Shown: one piece after another, positions 28,001 to 43,000 of the stretch
Numbering within the stretch: the stretch's first letter is position 1
How the letters are laid out: the number at the start of each line of letters is the position of its first letter
Assembly: GCA_040755795.1 (NCBI GenBank)
Contig: JBFLXS010000002.1
Location: forward strand, 5,109-69,108
Length of the DNA: 64,000 nucleotides
Direction: 5' to 3'
Source of the DNA: a bacterium
GTDB taxonomy: Bacteria > UBA9089 > CG2-30-40-21 > SBAY01
Translations under genes and position numbers: made by a program
Notes under the pieces: model-generated
The model's database searches: none
Seen by the model: only the letters and a program-made list of their open reading frames with translations
Told to the model about the DNA's origin: nothing

Positions 28001-31000
28001 CACCAGTTAACATCAACCTATGCTGAAGGTAGTTGGACAACGACATTTACCATAAATACACAGCGATATGGAACAACAACTATTATAGCTCATGGAGATA
28101 TACTGGGAATTAAGGCTTATGGAACATTGACGATTGAATCAAATATTATTCTAATTACACCAACTGCTGGCACCGTAGGCAGGACTATTACTATTGCCGG
28201 TAATGGTTTTGGTGCAACGGAAAAAATACAGATTGACTTCGGCACAACTAAGAGTATTGCACTTCCAACATCAACGGCATTTGGGTCATTTAGTACGACC
28301 TTTACTAGAGATACCCAACCTTGTGGGACAACAACTATTAAAGTGACTGGAATAAGCACTAATCAAATACGATATGGTAGCATTACGATTCAACCGAATA
28401 TTATCAGTATTACACCTGTTTCTGGGACGGTAGGAATTGTTACAACCGTAAAAGGAAATGGATATGGAGCAAGTGAACAAATTAAGATTGACTTTGGGAC
28501 GACTTCAACGATTACAAGGACGACATCTAATGGCATTGGGCAATTTGAGGTGTCATTTACGATTATTTCTCAAGTTAAATGTGGTTCAACCACGGTTAGG
28601 GCAACAGGTCTTATATCAGGTGTTGAAGATACAGATGAATTTGTCATTACCGGAATTACCTTAGTTTCACCATCACAAGGAACGGTAGGGACGATGATTA
28701 CTGTGCGAGGTGCAGGATATAAACTTCCCGATCCAATGGGAGAAATAGTCTGGATTGATTTTGGAGCTACTACTCACATTGCTTTTGATATGAGTAATGA
28801 ATTAGGTGAATTTACGGTTATCTTTAGTATTAACACTCAAGTTCGTGGGACACATACTATTACAGCCTCTGGTGCGACAACAGGTAGAGTAGATACAGAT
28901 GACTTTAGGATTTTACCCAATATCCATTCAGTTACACCTACCGCTGGGACAATTGGAAGTTATTACATAACAATTATAGGTACTGGTTTTGATGAAAGTG
29001 GACCGGATGATTCGATAAGGATTGATTTTGGCACTACCGATAATGGTATAGGTGTAGGTATGGATCCTTTTACACCGGTACCGGAGTGGCCAAAAGCATC
29101 AGCTGGGGGAACATTTACCGCCATATTTCGTAATGATATTACACAACCAGGTGGAACGACGACTATTACGGCTATAGAAATTAAGCAATTTGAAGAAAAA
29201 TTCAGGGTTTATAATTACTTCCGTATCCTTGGTAAGATTACTAGCTACCAACCTACATCTGGCTCTGTGGGAACCAATGTTACTATAGAAGGTAGTGGTT
29301 ATGGTGCTACAGAAACAATACAGGTTGATTTTGGGACGACGATGACTATTGGGATAACAACTACATCTGCTTTAGGTAACTTTAATCTTACCTTTACCGT
29401 TGATACTCAAGTCTATGGGACTACCTCAATATCTATTATCGGGCTGAGAACAGATATAGTAAGACAAGAAGAATTTATTGTTATTCCGAATATTACGGTT
29501 GTTTCACCATCTGTTGGTAAGATAGATAGTAGTGTAACTATTTATGGTAATGGTTATAAGGCATCAGAGACATTACAGGTTGACTTTGGAGTTACTTCCA
29601 GTATCACCTTTGTTAGTGCAGATTATCAGGGTAACTTTATGGCTATATTTACTGTTTCACAACAAGGTGCAGGCACAAAGACAATTACTGTTACAGGAAT
29701 TGAATCACAAGGGAAAGCGACTAATGTATTTAGCATATTGGCAGGAATTAATAGAGTTTTACCTATGTCTGGTACTGTGGGAACGACGGTAACAGTAGAG
29801 GGTACAGGTTATACCCCGAATACGGAAGTAAGATTCCACTTTGGTGGAGAACCGGATATAAATCCTCCCCCTCGACCAAAAGTTAGTACCTATGGTACTT
29901 TTACCGGCACCTTTATTGTTAATACTCAACCTTATGGGACGACAACTATTACTGCGGTAGATACTGGTGTACCATCCGTATCAAGCTATGATTACTTCCT
30001 GATTACTTCTAAAATTATTTCTATAACACCCGAATCAGGAACAATAGGTAGAAATGTTACTGTCGAAGGTAACGGTTTTGGGCAAAATGAACTTATACGC
30101 ATTAGTTTTGGGACAACTATAAGTGTAACATTTATAACTACTACAGGGGATGGAACTTTCTCAACTACCTTTACTATTACACCACAACCATATGGGACAA
30201 TTACTATTAGGGCTTTTGGACTTAATACAGCGGCGGAATCTCAAGGTATATTTATTGTTAAAGGGAAAATTATTAGTGTAACACCTACAAAAGGGACGGT
30301 AGGAACTATAGTTACTGTAGAAGGGAATGGTTATGCGGCAATAGAATTAATACGGATTGATTTTGGAACGAATAGAACATTAACTATGGCTACAACAGAC
30401 GATATGGGTGTATTTAGGGCTATATTTACAGCAGATACACAGGCTTATGGAACGACAACGGTCTTTGCTTATGGATTTAATTCTAATCAACTTAAGGAAG
30501 ATGTATTCTTTATCATTACACAACGAATATTTGCTCCTTCACCTACCGTAGGGACAGTGGGAACAATAGTAACGGTTACCGGTAATGGATTTATGGCTTG
30601 GGAAGGACTCCGTGTTGATTTTGGAACTACTCGAACAATTGAAGTAGATGCAGCTGATGAAGATGGGGCATTTGTTCTTACCTTTAAGGTTGATTCCCAA
30701 CCATATGGTGTAAGAACTATTTTGGTTACCGGAATGAATTCACAGGCTACGGATAGCACAACATTTGAAATGAGACCTTCTATTACTTTAGTTACACCTT
30801 CTATTGGTTCGGTGGGAACTATAGTTACTGTTGAAGGTGCTGGACATTATTATGTTACTCCGATAGCAGAAAAAGTATTTATTAAACTTAATTCAATTTC
30901 AATGGCGACCGTAACGGTTTCTGTTGTAGGTACCTATAGTGTTACCTTTACAGTTAATACTCAATCTTATGGAAGTAAGACGGTTAGTTCTAAAGGACAA

Positions 31001-34000
31001 TATACGCCACAAACTTCGGAATCTCCTTTCTTTATTATTTCAAAGATTATATTAGTTTCACCTAATAAAGGTACTGTAGGAACAACAGTAACAATAAGAG
31101 GAACAGGATATGTAGAAAATGATATAGTTCAAATTGATTTTGGATTATATTCCACTATTGCGTTAACCACTGCTTCTATAGATGGTACTTTTGCCACTAC
31201 CTTTACCGTAGATACCCAGAGTTATGGTAGTGTTACTATTACCGCAGGTGGATTGACAGCAGGATCAGATACAAGTATCTTCTTTATTGACATAGGTATA
31301 ACTAAAGTATCACCTGACAGAGGTTCTGTGGGAACAGTGGTTGAGGTTATCGGGACAGGGTATTTACCAAATGAAGGAATAAGTATTACCTTTGGCTTGA
31401 CTTCGACTATAGCGGTGGCTACAACTAATCAAAATGGTAGTTTCAGCGTTTCCTTTACTATTGATACTCAAAAATTTGGCACAACAACTATTATTGCTCT
31501 TGGTAGCCGTGGAGAGGCTAAAGGTTACTTTGCGATTACCACTAATATCATTCAACTGACACCAACAGAAGGAACTGTCGGAACAATAATTACCATTGCT
31601 GGTGATGGTTATGCCTCTTCAGAAATGGTGAGAATTGATTTTGGCACAACCATGTCTATTACTCTTACTCAGACAAGTTCCATGGGGACATTTGCTACTA
31701 CCTTTACTGTTAATACACAACCTGCGGGATTGACTACTGTTAAATCTACTGGTAGTAAATCACTTACACCAGTTACTGTTTACTTTACCATTAAGCCTCA
31801 AATCGGTGTAGTTTCACCAGATAAAGGCACGGTAGGAACAATAGTTACTGTTCATGGTGAAGGGTACCGAGCAAATGAATCCTTAAAACTTGATTTTGGT
31901 GATAAAGCAACGGTTACGGTTACTTCTACTGACCAGACAGGGTCATTTACAACTACATTCACGGTTGATACCCAGGTTTATGGTTCGACAACCATTACCG
32001 TAACTTCAATCGCTGATAATTCAAGGTTTGCTCAGAACTACTTCTTTATTATTCCTCAAATAGTTCAGATAACTCCAACGCAAGGAACAATAGGGACTCA
32101 AGTTATTATTCTTGGTAATGGTTATGGTTCGTCAGATACGGTGCAGGTTGATTTTGGTTTGGCAATAAGTATTACGACCAGTGTAACAAGTTTAGCCGGG
32201 TCATTTACGGTTACATTTACGGTTGATACCCAGGTTTATGCGACAACAACAATTGTCGCGAAGAATCATATCGCCGGGTCAGCGACGATTACCTTCTTTA
32301 TCTTAAATAGAATCATTAGTATAACTCCAACTCAAGGCACGGTGGGGACATCAGTTACTGTAGAGGCAAATGGTTATGGAAAACAAGAAGATGTCCGAAT
32401 TAGTCTTGGTTTGACAAAGACGGTTGCAACTTATTTGACTGGTGAACGCGGGACATTTACGGTTGTCTTTACCATTGATACTCAACCTGCTGGAACAAAC
32501 ACGGTTACAATAACAGGTATTACTTCAGGTGCAACTTATCATGAATTCTTCTTTGTTCGTGCCCAAATTACATCAGTAACACCAACAGTAGGAACTGTGG
32601 GAACAATTGTGTCGATTTCTGCCACAGGTTATGGTGCTACTGAGTTAATCCAGATTAATTTTGGAACTACTCAAACTATTACTACCGTGTCAACCGATGC
32701 TTATGGAAAATTCTCAACGACATTTACGATTAATACCCAATATGTAGGAACAACGACTATTGTGGTAATTGGGATGAGAACTAATTGCCAGGAAACAGAG
32801 TTTGTCAAGATAATTAGTAATATCGTTACCGTAACACCTGACAGTGGGACAGTAGGTTCGGTAGTTACAATTAAAGGAAATGGTTTTGGTGATAGGGAAG
32901 ATATAAATATTGTCTTTGGAACTAATGGAATTATTACCGCTGTATCTTCTACGCCGGATGGAACATTTACCGCGATATTTACTATTGATACTCAACCGTA
33001 TGGCACAACGACAATTGTTATTACTGGTGTTGCAAGTAATGAGGTTCAAATAAGAACTTATAAGATTATGGCAAAGGTAATTAATGTGGAGCCAATAGAA
33101 GGACCCACCAGTGTATTGGTTTTAGTCGAAGGGAACGGTTATGGTATCTCAGAATTAGTCTGGATTGATTTTGGAGCAACACCGACAATTGTGACAACGA
33201 CGACAAATAAACATGGTGAGTTTAAGACTTACTTTACTGTTACTCCTCAGGTAAGTCAGCGGGCCACTGTGACTGCAACTGGCTTGAATACAGGGGTTAA
33301 AGATGATTATGATCTGGTATTCAGGGTTAAACCTGGTATCGTCTCAATGGAACCTACCACCGGGACAGTAGGTAGTTTCATTACACTGGTTGGTGCCTCT
33401 TATTCAGCTACTGAACCAATTAGAATTGACTTTGGAACAACGAGGACTATTTACCTGGTAACCTCAGGGCCTGATGGTGGATTTAACATTACCTTTACCG
33501 TAGATACACAACCAGCAGGAATAACTACAATCAAAGCGACTAATGTTAATAATGGGTCTCAAACTGATACCAGAATATTCACTATTACAGGCAATATTAT
33601 TACCTATACCCCGCAAAGTGGAACAGTAGGGACTATAGTTACTTTGGCTGGTAATGGTTATGGAGCGACTGAATTAGTGGTGATTACATTTGGTACGACC
33701 CAAACTATTGTTACCACTACTTCAACTGCTACCGGTTCATTTACCACTACATTTACCGTCAATACACAACCTTATGGTTCGACTACCATAATAGTTAGAG
33801 GTATTACTTCTGGACAGGTAGTAACAAAGACATTTACCATCCAACATCGAATTGAATATATTACACCTACTAATGGAACGGTTGGAACTTTAGTGACCGT
33901 TTTTGGTGATGGATATAAGGCGTATGATTATATCCGAATTCACTTTGGAACGACCTATTCTATTACTACTACCTCAAGTAATGAAAATGGTTCATTTACC

Positions 34001-37000
34001 GCGCAGTTTAGAGTTGATTCTCAACCTTATGGTTCAACTACTGTCATGGCAGTAGATGTTGAGATGGCGTCAACTATCTTCTCTATCTTGCCACAAATTG
34101 TTAATGTTTCACCTACAGAAGGAACAGTAGGAACGATAATTACCTTAGTAGGGTCAGGTTATGGAGCAATAGAAGATGTCCGAATAGATTTTGGAACCAC
34201 TCAAACTATAACTATGGCTAACTCGAATATAGATGGCACATGGACAATTACCTTTACTGTTACCACACAAGGTTATGGGATTACGACTATTAAAGCTACT
34301 GGTTCAAATACACAGGTATCAAGTATTAATTACTTTAAGATAACGCCACAAGTTGTTAGTGTCAGTCCAGAAATAGGGACAGTGGGAACAATAATTACTA
34401 TCCGTGGTACCGGGTTTATAGGCACCGAAGAAATATACATTAACTTTGGAATAACACAAACTATTACTACTACAATTTCAGATATAGAAGGGAGCTTTAC
34501 CACTACATTTACCATAGATACTCAGGTCTTTGGAACGACTACCATAGCCGCTCGTGGTAAGGTTTCTGATACAGAAGTGGTTAATTACTTCAAGATTATT
34601 CCAGAAATTTACTATGTTACTCCAACAGAAGGTAGTGTGGGAACAATACTGAGGATATCAGGTTCTGGATATAGTGGTTCGGAGAATGTTGTTATAGATT
34701 TGGGTAAGAGAGCAACCGTATCTATAGCCAATACCTCTAATTTTGGCACATTCACTATCGCCTTTACGGTTGAAATCCAACCTTATGGAACAAAGACTAT
34801 TGTTGGAAAGGGAATAGATTCTGCCGCAAAGGCTATTAATTACTTCCGTATTATACCTAATATTACAAATATAATTCCGTCAGCTTCACCTGCTAAGGGC
34901 ACAGTTGGAGCAATAGTAGTAGTAGAAGGTGATGGTTTTGGTGAGAATGAACAATTATTTGTTGAATTTGGCACTACTCATACCATTACTATAACTACAA
35001 GTAGTGAATGGGGGACATTCTCAGCTACCTTTACTGTTGATACTCAACCTTATGGCACGACTACGGTTAAGGTGATAGGTTCAACTACGCCATTAACTGC
35101 TGTCGATTATTTCACTATTCTACCTAATATCTTTGTTACCTCTCCTTCAAAAGGCACGGTAGGAACAATAATTACTATTTGTGGTAATGGTTATGCCGCA
35201 TCAGAAGAAGTGGTAATACAATTTGGCATTACAAAGACTATAACTATTACTTTGACAGATTTGATAGGGTCATGGACAACTACCTTTACAATAAATACAC
35301 AACCTTATGGTTCTACAACAATTATAGCGACAGGATTAAATTGTGGGACTTCTGCCAATAGCTCTTTCAAGATACTACCAGAATTATGGTCAGTGGTGCT
35401 TGCGGAAGGGACAGTAGGGACAATCGTTACAATCCGAGGCACAGGTTATGCGGCGAATGAGTTAGTTTACATCCACTTTGGGACAACAAATACAATCACA
35501 ATGACCTCAGCCGCAATTGAAGGTAGTTTCACGACGACATTTACCATTGATACACAACCTTATGGTTCGACGACAATCACTGCGGTAGGCTTGAGTTCAG
35601 GTGAGGCGATAAACGACTTCAAGATAGTGCCAGAATTATGGTCAGTGGAGTTAGGTGAAGAGACAGTAGGGACAATCGTCACAATCCGAGGCACCGGCTA
35701 TGCGGCGAATGAGTTAATTTACATTCACTTTGGCACAACAAATACAATCACGACGACCTCAGCCGCAATCGAAGGTAGTTGGACTACAACATTTACTATT
35801 GATACACAACCGTATGGTTCGACAACGATAACAGCACTAGGCTTGAATTCAGGTAGTGCCATAAATGACTTCAAGATATTACCAGAGTTATGGTCAGTAG
35901 TGCTTGCCGAAGGGACAGTTGGGACAATCGTCACAATCCGAGGCACCGGCTATGCGGCGAATGAGTTAATTTACATTCACTTTGGCACGACAAAGACAAT
36001 TACGACGACCTCAGCCGCAATCGAAGGTAGTTTTACGACGACATTCACTGTTGATACACAAGGATTTGGCTCGACGACAATAACCGCCGTAGGATTGAAT
36101 TCCGGCAGTGCGATAAATTACTTCAAGATAACTGTTGAGTTATATTCAGTAACACCAACAGAGGGCACAGTAGGGACAATAATTACGATTAAAGGCACAG
36201 GGTATAAAGCCAATGAAGGAATAAGGATAGACTTTGGAGTTAAATCAACAATAACTACAACACAAGCCGATGGAACAGGTAGCTGGACAGTTACCTTTAC
36301 CATCGATACACAGCCTTATGATAGAACTACAATCAAGGCAACAGGATTAACAAGTGGTGGAGAAGGGATTAATTACTTCAAGATACTGCCAGAATTATGG
36401 TCAGTGGTGCTTGCCGAAGGGACAGTTGGGACAATTGTCACGATACGAGGCACCGGGTATGCGGCGAATGAATTAGTTTATATTCACTTTGGCACAACAA
36501 AGACGATTACAACGACCTCAGCCGCAAGCGAAGGTAGTTTCACAACGACATTTACCATTGATACACAACCGTATGGTTCGACGACAATCACTGCGGTAGG
36601 TCTGAGTTCAGGTAGTGCCATAAATGACTTCAAGATATTGCCAGAGTTATGGTCAGTAGTATTAGCCGAAGGGACAGTAGGGACAATTGTGACGATACGA
36701 GGCACAGGGTATGCGGCGAATGAATTAGTTTATATCCACTTTGGCACAACAAAGACAATTACGACGACCTCAGTCGCAATCGAAGGTAGTTGGACTACAA
36801 CATTTACTATTGATACGCAACCGTATGGTTCGACGACGATAACAGCGGTTGGCTTGAATTCAGGCGAGGCGATAAATGATTTCAAGATATTGCCAGAGTT
36901 ATGGTCAGTGGTGTTAGCCGAAGGGACAATAGGGACAATTGTGACAATCCGAGGCACAGGTTATGCGGCGAATGAGTTAGTTTATATCCACTTTGGGACA

Positions 37001-40000
37001 ACGAAGACAATTACGATGACCTCAGCCGCAATCGAAGGTAGTTTCACGACGACATTTACCATTGATACACAACCTTATGGTTCGACGACAATCACTGCGG
37101 TAGGTCTGAGTTCAGGTAGTGCCATAAATGACTTCAAGATACTGCCAGAGTTATGGTCAGTGGTGTTAGCCGAAGGGACAGTTGGGACACTAGTAACGAT
37201 ACGAGGCACCGGCTATGCGGCGAATGAGTTAGTTTATATCCACTTTGGGACGACAAAGACAATTACGACGACCTCAGCCGCAATCGAAGGTAGTTTCACG
37301 ACGACATTTACCATTGATACACAACCTTATGGTTCGACGACAATCACTGCGGTAGGCTTGAGTTCAGGTGAGGCGATAAACGACTTCAAGATAGTGCTAG
37401 AATTATGGTCAGTGGAGTTAGGTGAAGGGACAGTAGGGACAATCGTCACAATCCGAGGCACCGGTTATGCGGCGAATGAGTTAGTTTATATCCACTTTGG
37501 GACGACAAAGACAATCACGACGACCTCAGCGGCAATCGAAGGTAGTTTCACAACAACATTTACTATTAATACACAACCTTATGGTTCGACAACGATAACA
37601 GCAGTCGGATTGAATTCAGGTAGTGCCATAAATGACTTTAAGATATTACCAGAGTTATGGTCAGTAGTGCTTGCCGAAGGGACAGTTGGGACAGTCGTCA
37701 CAATCCGAGGCACAGGCTATGCGGGGAATGAGTTAATTTACATTCACTTTGGCACGACAAAGACAATTACGACGACCTCAGCCGCAATCGAAGGTAGTTT
37801 CACGACGACATTTACCGTTGATACACAAGGGTTTGGCTCGACGACAATAACCGCCGTAGGATTGAATTCTAACAGTGCCATCAATTACTTCAAGATAACT
37901 GTTGAGTTATATTCAGTAACACCAACAGAGGGAACAGTAGGAACAATAATTACGATTAAAGGCACAGGGTATAAAGCCAATGAAGGGATAAGGATAGACT
38001 TTGGAGTTAAATCAACAATAACTACAACACAAGCCGATGGAACAGGTAGCTGGACAGTTACCTTTACTATCGATACACAGCCTTATGATAGAACTACAAT
38101 CAAGGCAACAGGATTAACAAGTGGTGGAGAAGGGATTAATTACTTCAAGATACTGCCAGAGTTATGGTCAGTAGTGCTTGCCGAAGGGACAGTTGGGACA
38201 ATTGTCACGATACGAGGCACCGGTTATACTGCAAATGAGTTAATTTATATTCACTTTGGGACAACAAAGACAATCACAACAACCTCAGCCACAATTGAAG
38301 GTAGTTTCACGACGACATTTACCATTGATACACAACCGTATGGTTCGACGACGATAACAGCAGTTGGATTGAATTCAGGTAGTGCGATAAATAACTTCAA
38401 GATACTGCCAGAGTTATGGTCAGTGGTGCTTGCGGAAGGGACAGTTGGGACAATCGTAACAATACGAGGCACCGGCTATGCGGCAAATGAGTTAGTTTAC
38501 ATTCACTTTGGCACAACAAAGACAATCACGACGACCTCAGCCGCAATCGAAGGTAGTTGGACTACAACATTTACTATTGATACGCAACCGTATGGTTCGA
38601 CGACGATAACAGCAGTTGGATTGAATTCAGGTAGTGCGATAAATAACTTCAAGATACTGCCAGAGTTATGGTCAGTGGTGCTTGCGGAAGGGACAGTTGG
38701 GACAATCGTAACAATCCGAGGCACAGGGTATGCGGCGAATGAGTTAGTTTACATTCACTTTGGCACAACAAAGACAATCACGACAACCTCAGCCGCAATC
38801 GAAGGTAGTTTCACGACGACATTTACCATTGATACACAACCTTATGGTTCGACGACGATAACAGCAGTTGGATTGAATTCAGGTAGTGTGATAAATTACT
38901 TTAAGATACTGCCAGAATTATGGTCAGTGGAGTTAGCCGAAGGGACAGTAAGAACAATCGTGATAATCCGAGGCACCGGCTATGCGGCGAATGAGTTAGT
39001 TTATATTCACTTTGGGACAACAAAGACGATTACAACGACCTCAGCCGCAATCGAAGGTAGTTTCACAACAACATTTACCATTGATACACAACCGTATGGT
39101 TCGACGACAATCACTGCGGTAGGCTTGAGTTCAGGTGAGGCGATAAACGACTTCAAGATACTGCCAGAATTATGGTCAGTGGTGCTTGCGGAAGGGACAG
39201 TAGGGACAATCGTTACAATCCGAGGCACCGGCTATGCGGCGAACGAGTTAATTTACATTCACTTTGGCACAACAAATACAATCACGACGACCTCAGCCGC
39301 AATCGAAGGTAGTTTCACAACGACATTTACTATTGATACACAACCGTCTGGTTCGACAACGATAACAGCAGTAGGCTTGAATTCAGGTAGTGCCATAAAT
39401 GACTTCAAGATACTGCCAGAATTATGGTATGTCAATCCAGCCGAAGGGACAGTTGGTAAGATAGTAACGATTCGAGGGACAGGATATAGTGCCAATGAGT
39501 TAATTTACATTCACTTTGGCACAACAAAGACAATCACAACGACCTCAGCCGCAATCGAAGGTAGTTTCACGACGACATTCACTGTTGATACACAAGGATT
39601 TGGCTCGACGACAATAACCGCTGTAGGATTGAATTCCGGCAGTGCGATAAATTACTTCAAGATAACTGTTGAGTTATATTCAGTAACACCAACAGAGGGC
39701 ACAGTAGGAACAATAATTACGATTAAAGGCACAGGTTATAAAGCCAATGAAGAAGTAAGGATAGACTTTGGCACAACATCAAGTATTACCACAACACAGG
39801 CAGATGGAACAGGTAGCTGGACAGTTACCTTTACCATCGATACACAACCTTATGATAGAACTACAATCAAGGCAACAGGATTAACAAGTGGTGGAGAAGG
39901 GATTAATGACTTCAAGATACTACCAGAGTTATGGTCAGTGGTATTAGCCGAAGGGACAGTTGGAACAATCGTAACGATTCGAGGCACAGGGTATGCGGCG

Positions 40001-43000
40001 AATGAGTTAGTTTACATCCACTTTGGCACAACGAAGACAATCACGACGACCTCAGCCGCAATCGAAGGTAGTTTCACAACGACATTTACTATTGATACAC
40101 AACCGTATGGTTCGACGACGATAACAGCGGTTGGCTTGAATTCAGGTAGTGCGATAAATAACTTCAAGATACTGCCAGAATTATGGTCAGTAGTGCTTGC
40201 CGAAGGGACAGTTGGGACAATCGTCACAATCCGAGGCACCGGCTATGCGGCGAATGAGTTAGTTTACATTCACTTTGGCACAACAAAGACAATCACGACA
40301 ACCTCAGCCGCAATCGAAGGTAGTTTCACGATGACATTTACTATTGATACACAACCTTATGGTTCGACGACAATCACTGCGGTAGGTCTGAGTTCAGGTA
40401 GTGCCATAAATAACTTCAAGATAGTGCCAGAATTATGGTCAGTGGAGTTAGCCGAAGGGACAGTAGGGACAATCGTTACAATCCGAGGCACCGGCTATGC
40501 GGCGAATGAGTTAGTTTACATTCACTTTGGCACAACAAAGACAATCACGACAACCTCAGCCGCAATCGAAGGTAGTTTCACGACAACATTTACCATTGAT
40601 ACACAACCGTATGGTTCGACAACGATAACAGCGGTTGGCTTGAATTCAGGTGAGGCGATAAATGACTTCAAGATACTGCCAGAATTATGGTCAGTGATGC
40701 TTGCCGAAGGGACAGTAGGAACAATCGTAACGATACGAGGCACAGGTTATGCGGCGAATGAGTTAGTCTATATCCACTTTGGGACGACAAAGACAATCAC
40801 GACGACTTCAGCCTCAATCGAAGGTAGTTTCACAACAACATTCACTATTGATACCCAATCTTATGGTTCGACAACAATTACTGCGGTAGGTTTAAATTCA
40901 GGTGAGGCGATAAATGACTTCAAGATACTACCAGAATTATGGTCAGTGGTATTAGCCGAAGGGACAGTAGGGACAATCGTTACAATCCGAGGCACAGGCT
41001 ATGCGGCGAATGAATTAGTTTACATTCACTTTGGGACAACAAAGACAATTACAACAACCTCAGTGGCAATCGAAGGTAGTTTCACAACGACATTTACCAT
41101 TGATACACAACCTTATGGTTCGACGACAATCACTGCGGTAGGTCTGAGTTCAGGTAGTGCCATAAATAACTTCAAGATACTGCCAGAATTATGGTCAGTG
41201 GTGTTAGGTGAAGGGACAGTTGGGACAATCGTAACAATCCGAGGCACAGGCTATGCGGCGAATGAATTAGTTTACATTCACTTTGGGACAACAAAGACAA
41301 TTACAACAACCTCAGTGGCAATTGAAGGTAGTTTCACAACAACATTTACTATTGATACACAACCTTATGGTTCAACAACAATCACTGCGGTAGGTCTGAG
41401 TTCAAGTAGTGCGATAAATAACTTCAAGATACTGCCAGAATTATGGTCAGTGGTGTTAGCCGAAGGGACAGTTGGGACAATCGTAACAATCCGAGGCACC
41501 GGTTATGCGGCGAATGAGTTAGTTTACATCCACTTTGGGACAACAATTACAATCACCACGACCTCAGCCGCAATCGAAGGTAGTTTCACAACGACATTCA
41601 CTATTGATACGCAACCGTATGGTTCGACGACGATAACAGCGGTCGGGTTGAATTCAGGTAGTGCCATAAATGACTTCAAGATACTGCCAGAGTTATGGTC
41701 AGTGGTGCTTGCAGAAGGGACAGTAGGGACAATCGTAACGATACGAGGCACAGGCTATGCGGCGAATGAGTTAATTTACATTCACTTTGGCACAACAAAG
41801 ACAATCACCACAACCTCAGCCGCAATCGAAGGTAGTTTCACGACAACATTTACTATTGATACACAACCGTATGGTTCGACAACGATAACAGTAGTTGGAT
41901 TGAATTCAGATAGTGCCATAAATGACTTCAAGATATTACCGGAATTATGGTCTGTAACACCAAAAGAAGGGACAGTAGGGACAATCGTAACGATACGAGG
42001 CACAGGCTATGCGGCGAATGAGTTAATTTACATTCACTTTGGCACGACAAAGACAATTACGACGACATCAGCCGCAATCGAAGGTAGTTTCACGACGACA
42101 TTCACTGTTGATACACAAGGATTTGGCTCGACGACAATAACCGCCGTAGGATTAAATTCCGGCAGTGCGATAAATTACTTCAAGATAACTGTTGAGTTAT
42201 ATTCAGTAACACCAACAGAGGGCACAGTAGGGACAATAATTACGATTAAAGGCACAGGTTATAAAGCCAATGAAGAAGTAAGGATAGACTTTGGCACAAC
42301 ATCAAGTATTACCACAACACAGGCAGATGGAACAGGTAGCTGGACGGTGACATTTACCATAAATACACAACCTTATGATACAACTACAATCAAGGCAACA
42401 GGATTAACAAGTGGTGGAGAAGGGATTAATTACTTCAAGATACTGCCAGAGTTATGGTCAGTGGTATTAGCCGAAGGGACAGTAGGAACGGTAGTTACAA
42501 TACGAGGCACCGGCTATGCGGCAAATGAGTTAGTTTACATTCACTTTGGGACAACAAAGACAATCACGACGACCTCAGCCGCAATCGAAGGTAGTTTCAC
42601 AACGACATTTACCATTGATACACAACCGTATGGTTCGACAACGATAACAGCAGTTGGCTTGAATTCGGGTAGTGCGATAAATAACTTCAAGATACTGCCA
42701 GAATTATGGTCAGTGGTGCTTGCGGAAGGAACAGTTGGGACAATCGTTACAATCCGAGGCACCGGCTATGCGGCGAATGAGTTAGTTTATATTCACTTTG
42801 GCACAACAAAGACAATCACGACGACCTCAGCCGCAATCGAAGGTAGTTTCACAACGACATTTACCATTGATACACAACCTTATGGTTCGACGACAATCAC
42901 TGCGGTAGGTCTGAGTTCAGGTAGTGCCATAAATGACTTCAAGATATTACCGGAATTATGGTCTGTGGTGCTTGCGGAAGGAACAGTGGGGACAATCGTA

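Larger units (their letters stand above)
22091..28140 (+). repeat. Homogenized block of 24 units of 249 bp / 83 aa. Consensus ILPNIILITPTEGTVGTIITVRGNGYGASRTIRIEFGTTPTIQLTSTYAEGSWTTTFTIDTQQYGKTTIVAHGDGLKVEGTIT. Organised as three higher-order repeat copies of 8, 7 and 7 units.
   Basis: The marker string ccagagataatactaattag recurs at 22601, 24605 and 26363, giving spacings of 2004 and 1758 bp. The two-unit marker block ILPEIILISPKEG...(V/A/C)GNGY(K/R/M)ASE(A/T)IHIIFG + QLTQVSPPQGTVGTIV(S/T)LQGDGY(Q/L)ANELVKIDFG occurs at about 22598-23130, 24602-25135 and 26360-26893, with near-identical nucleotide sequence. Confidence 0.85.
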
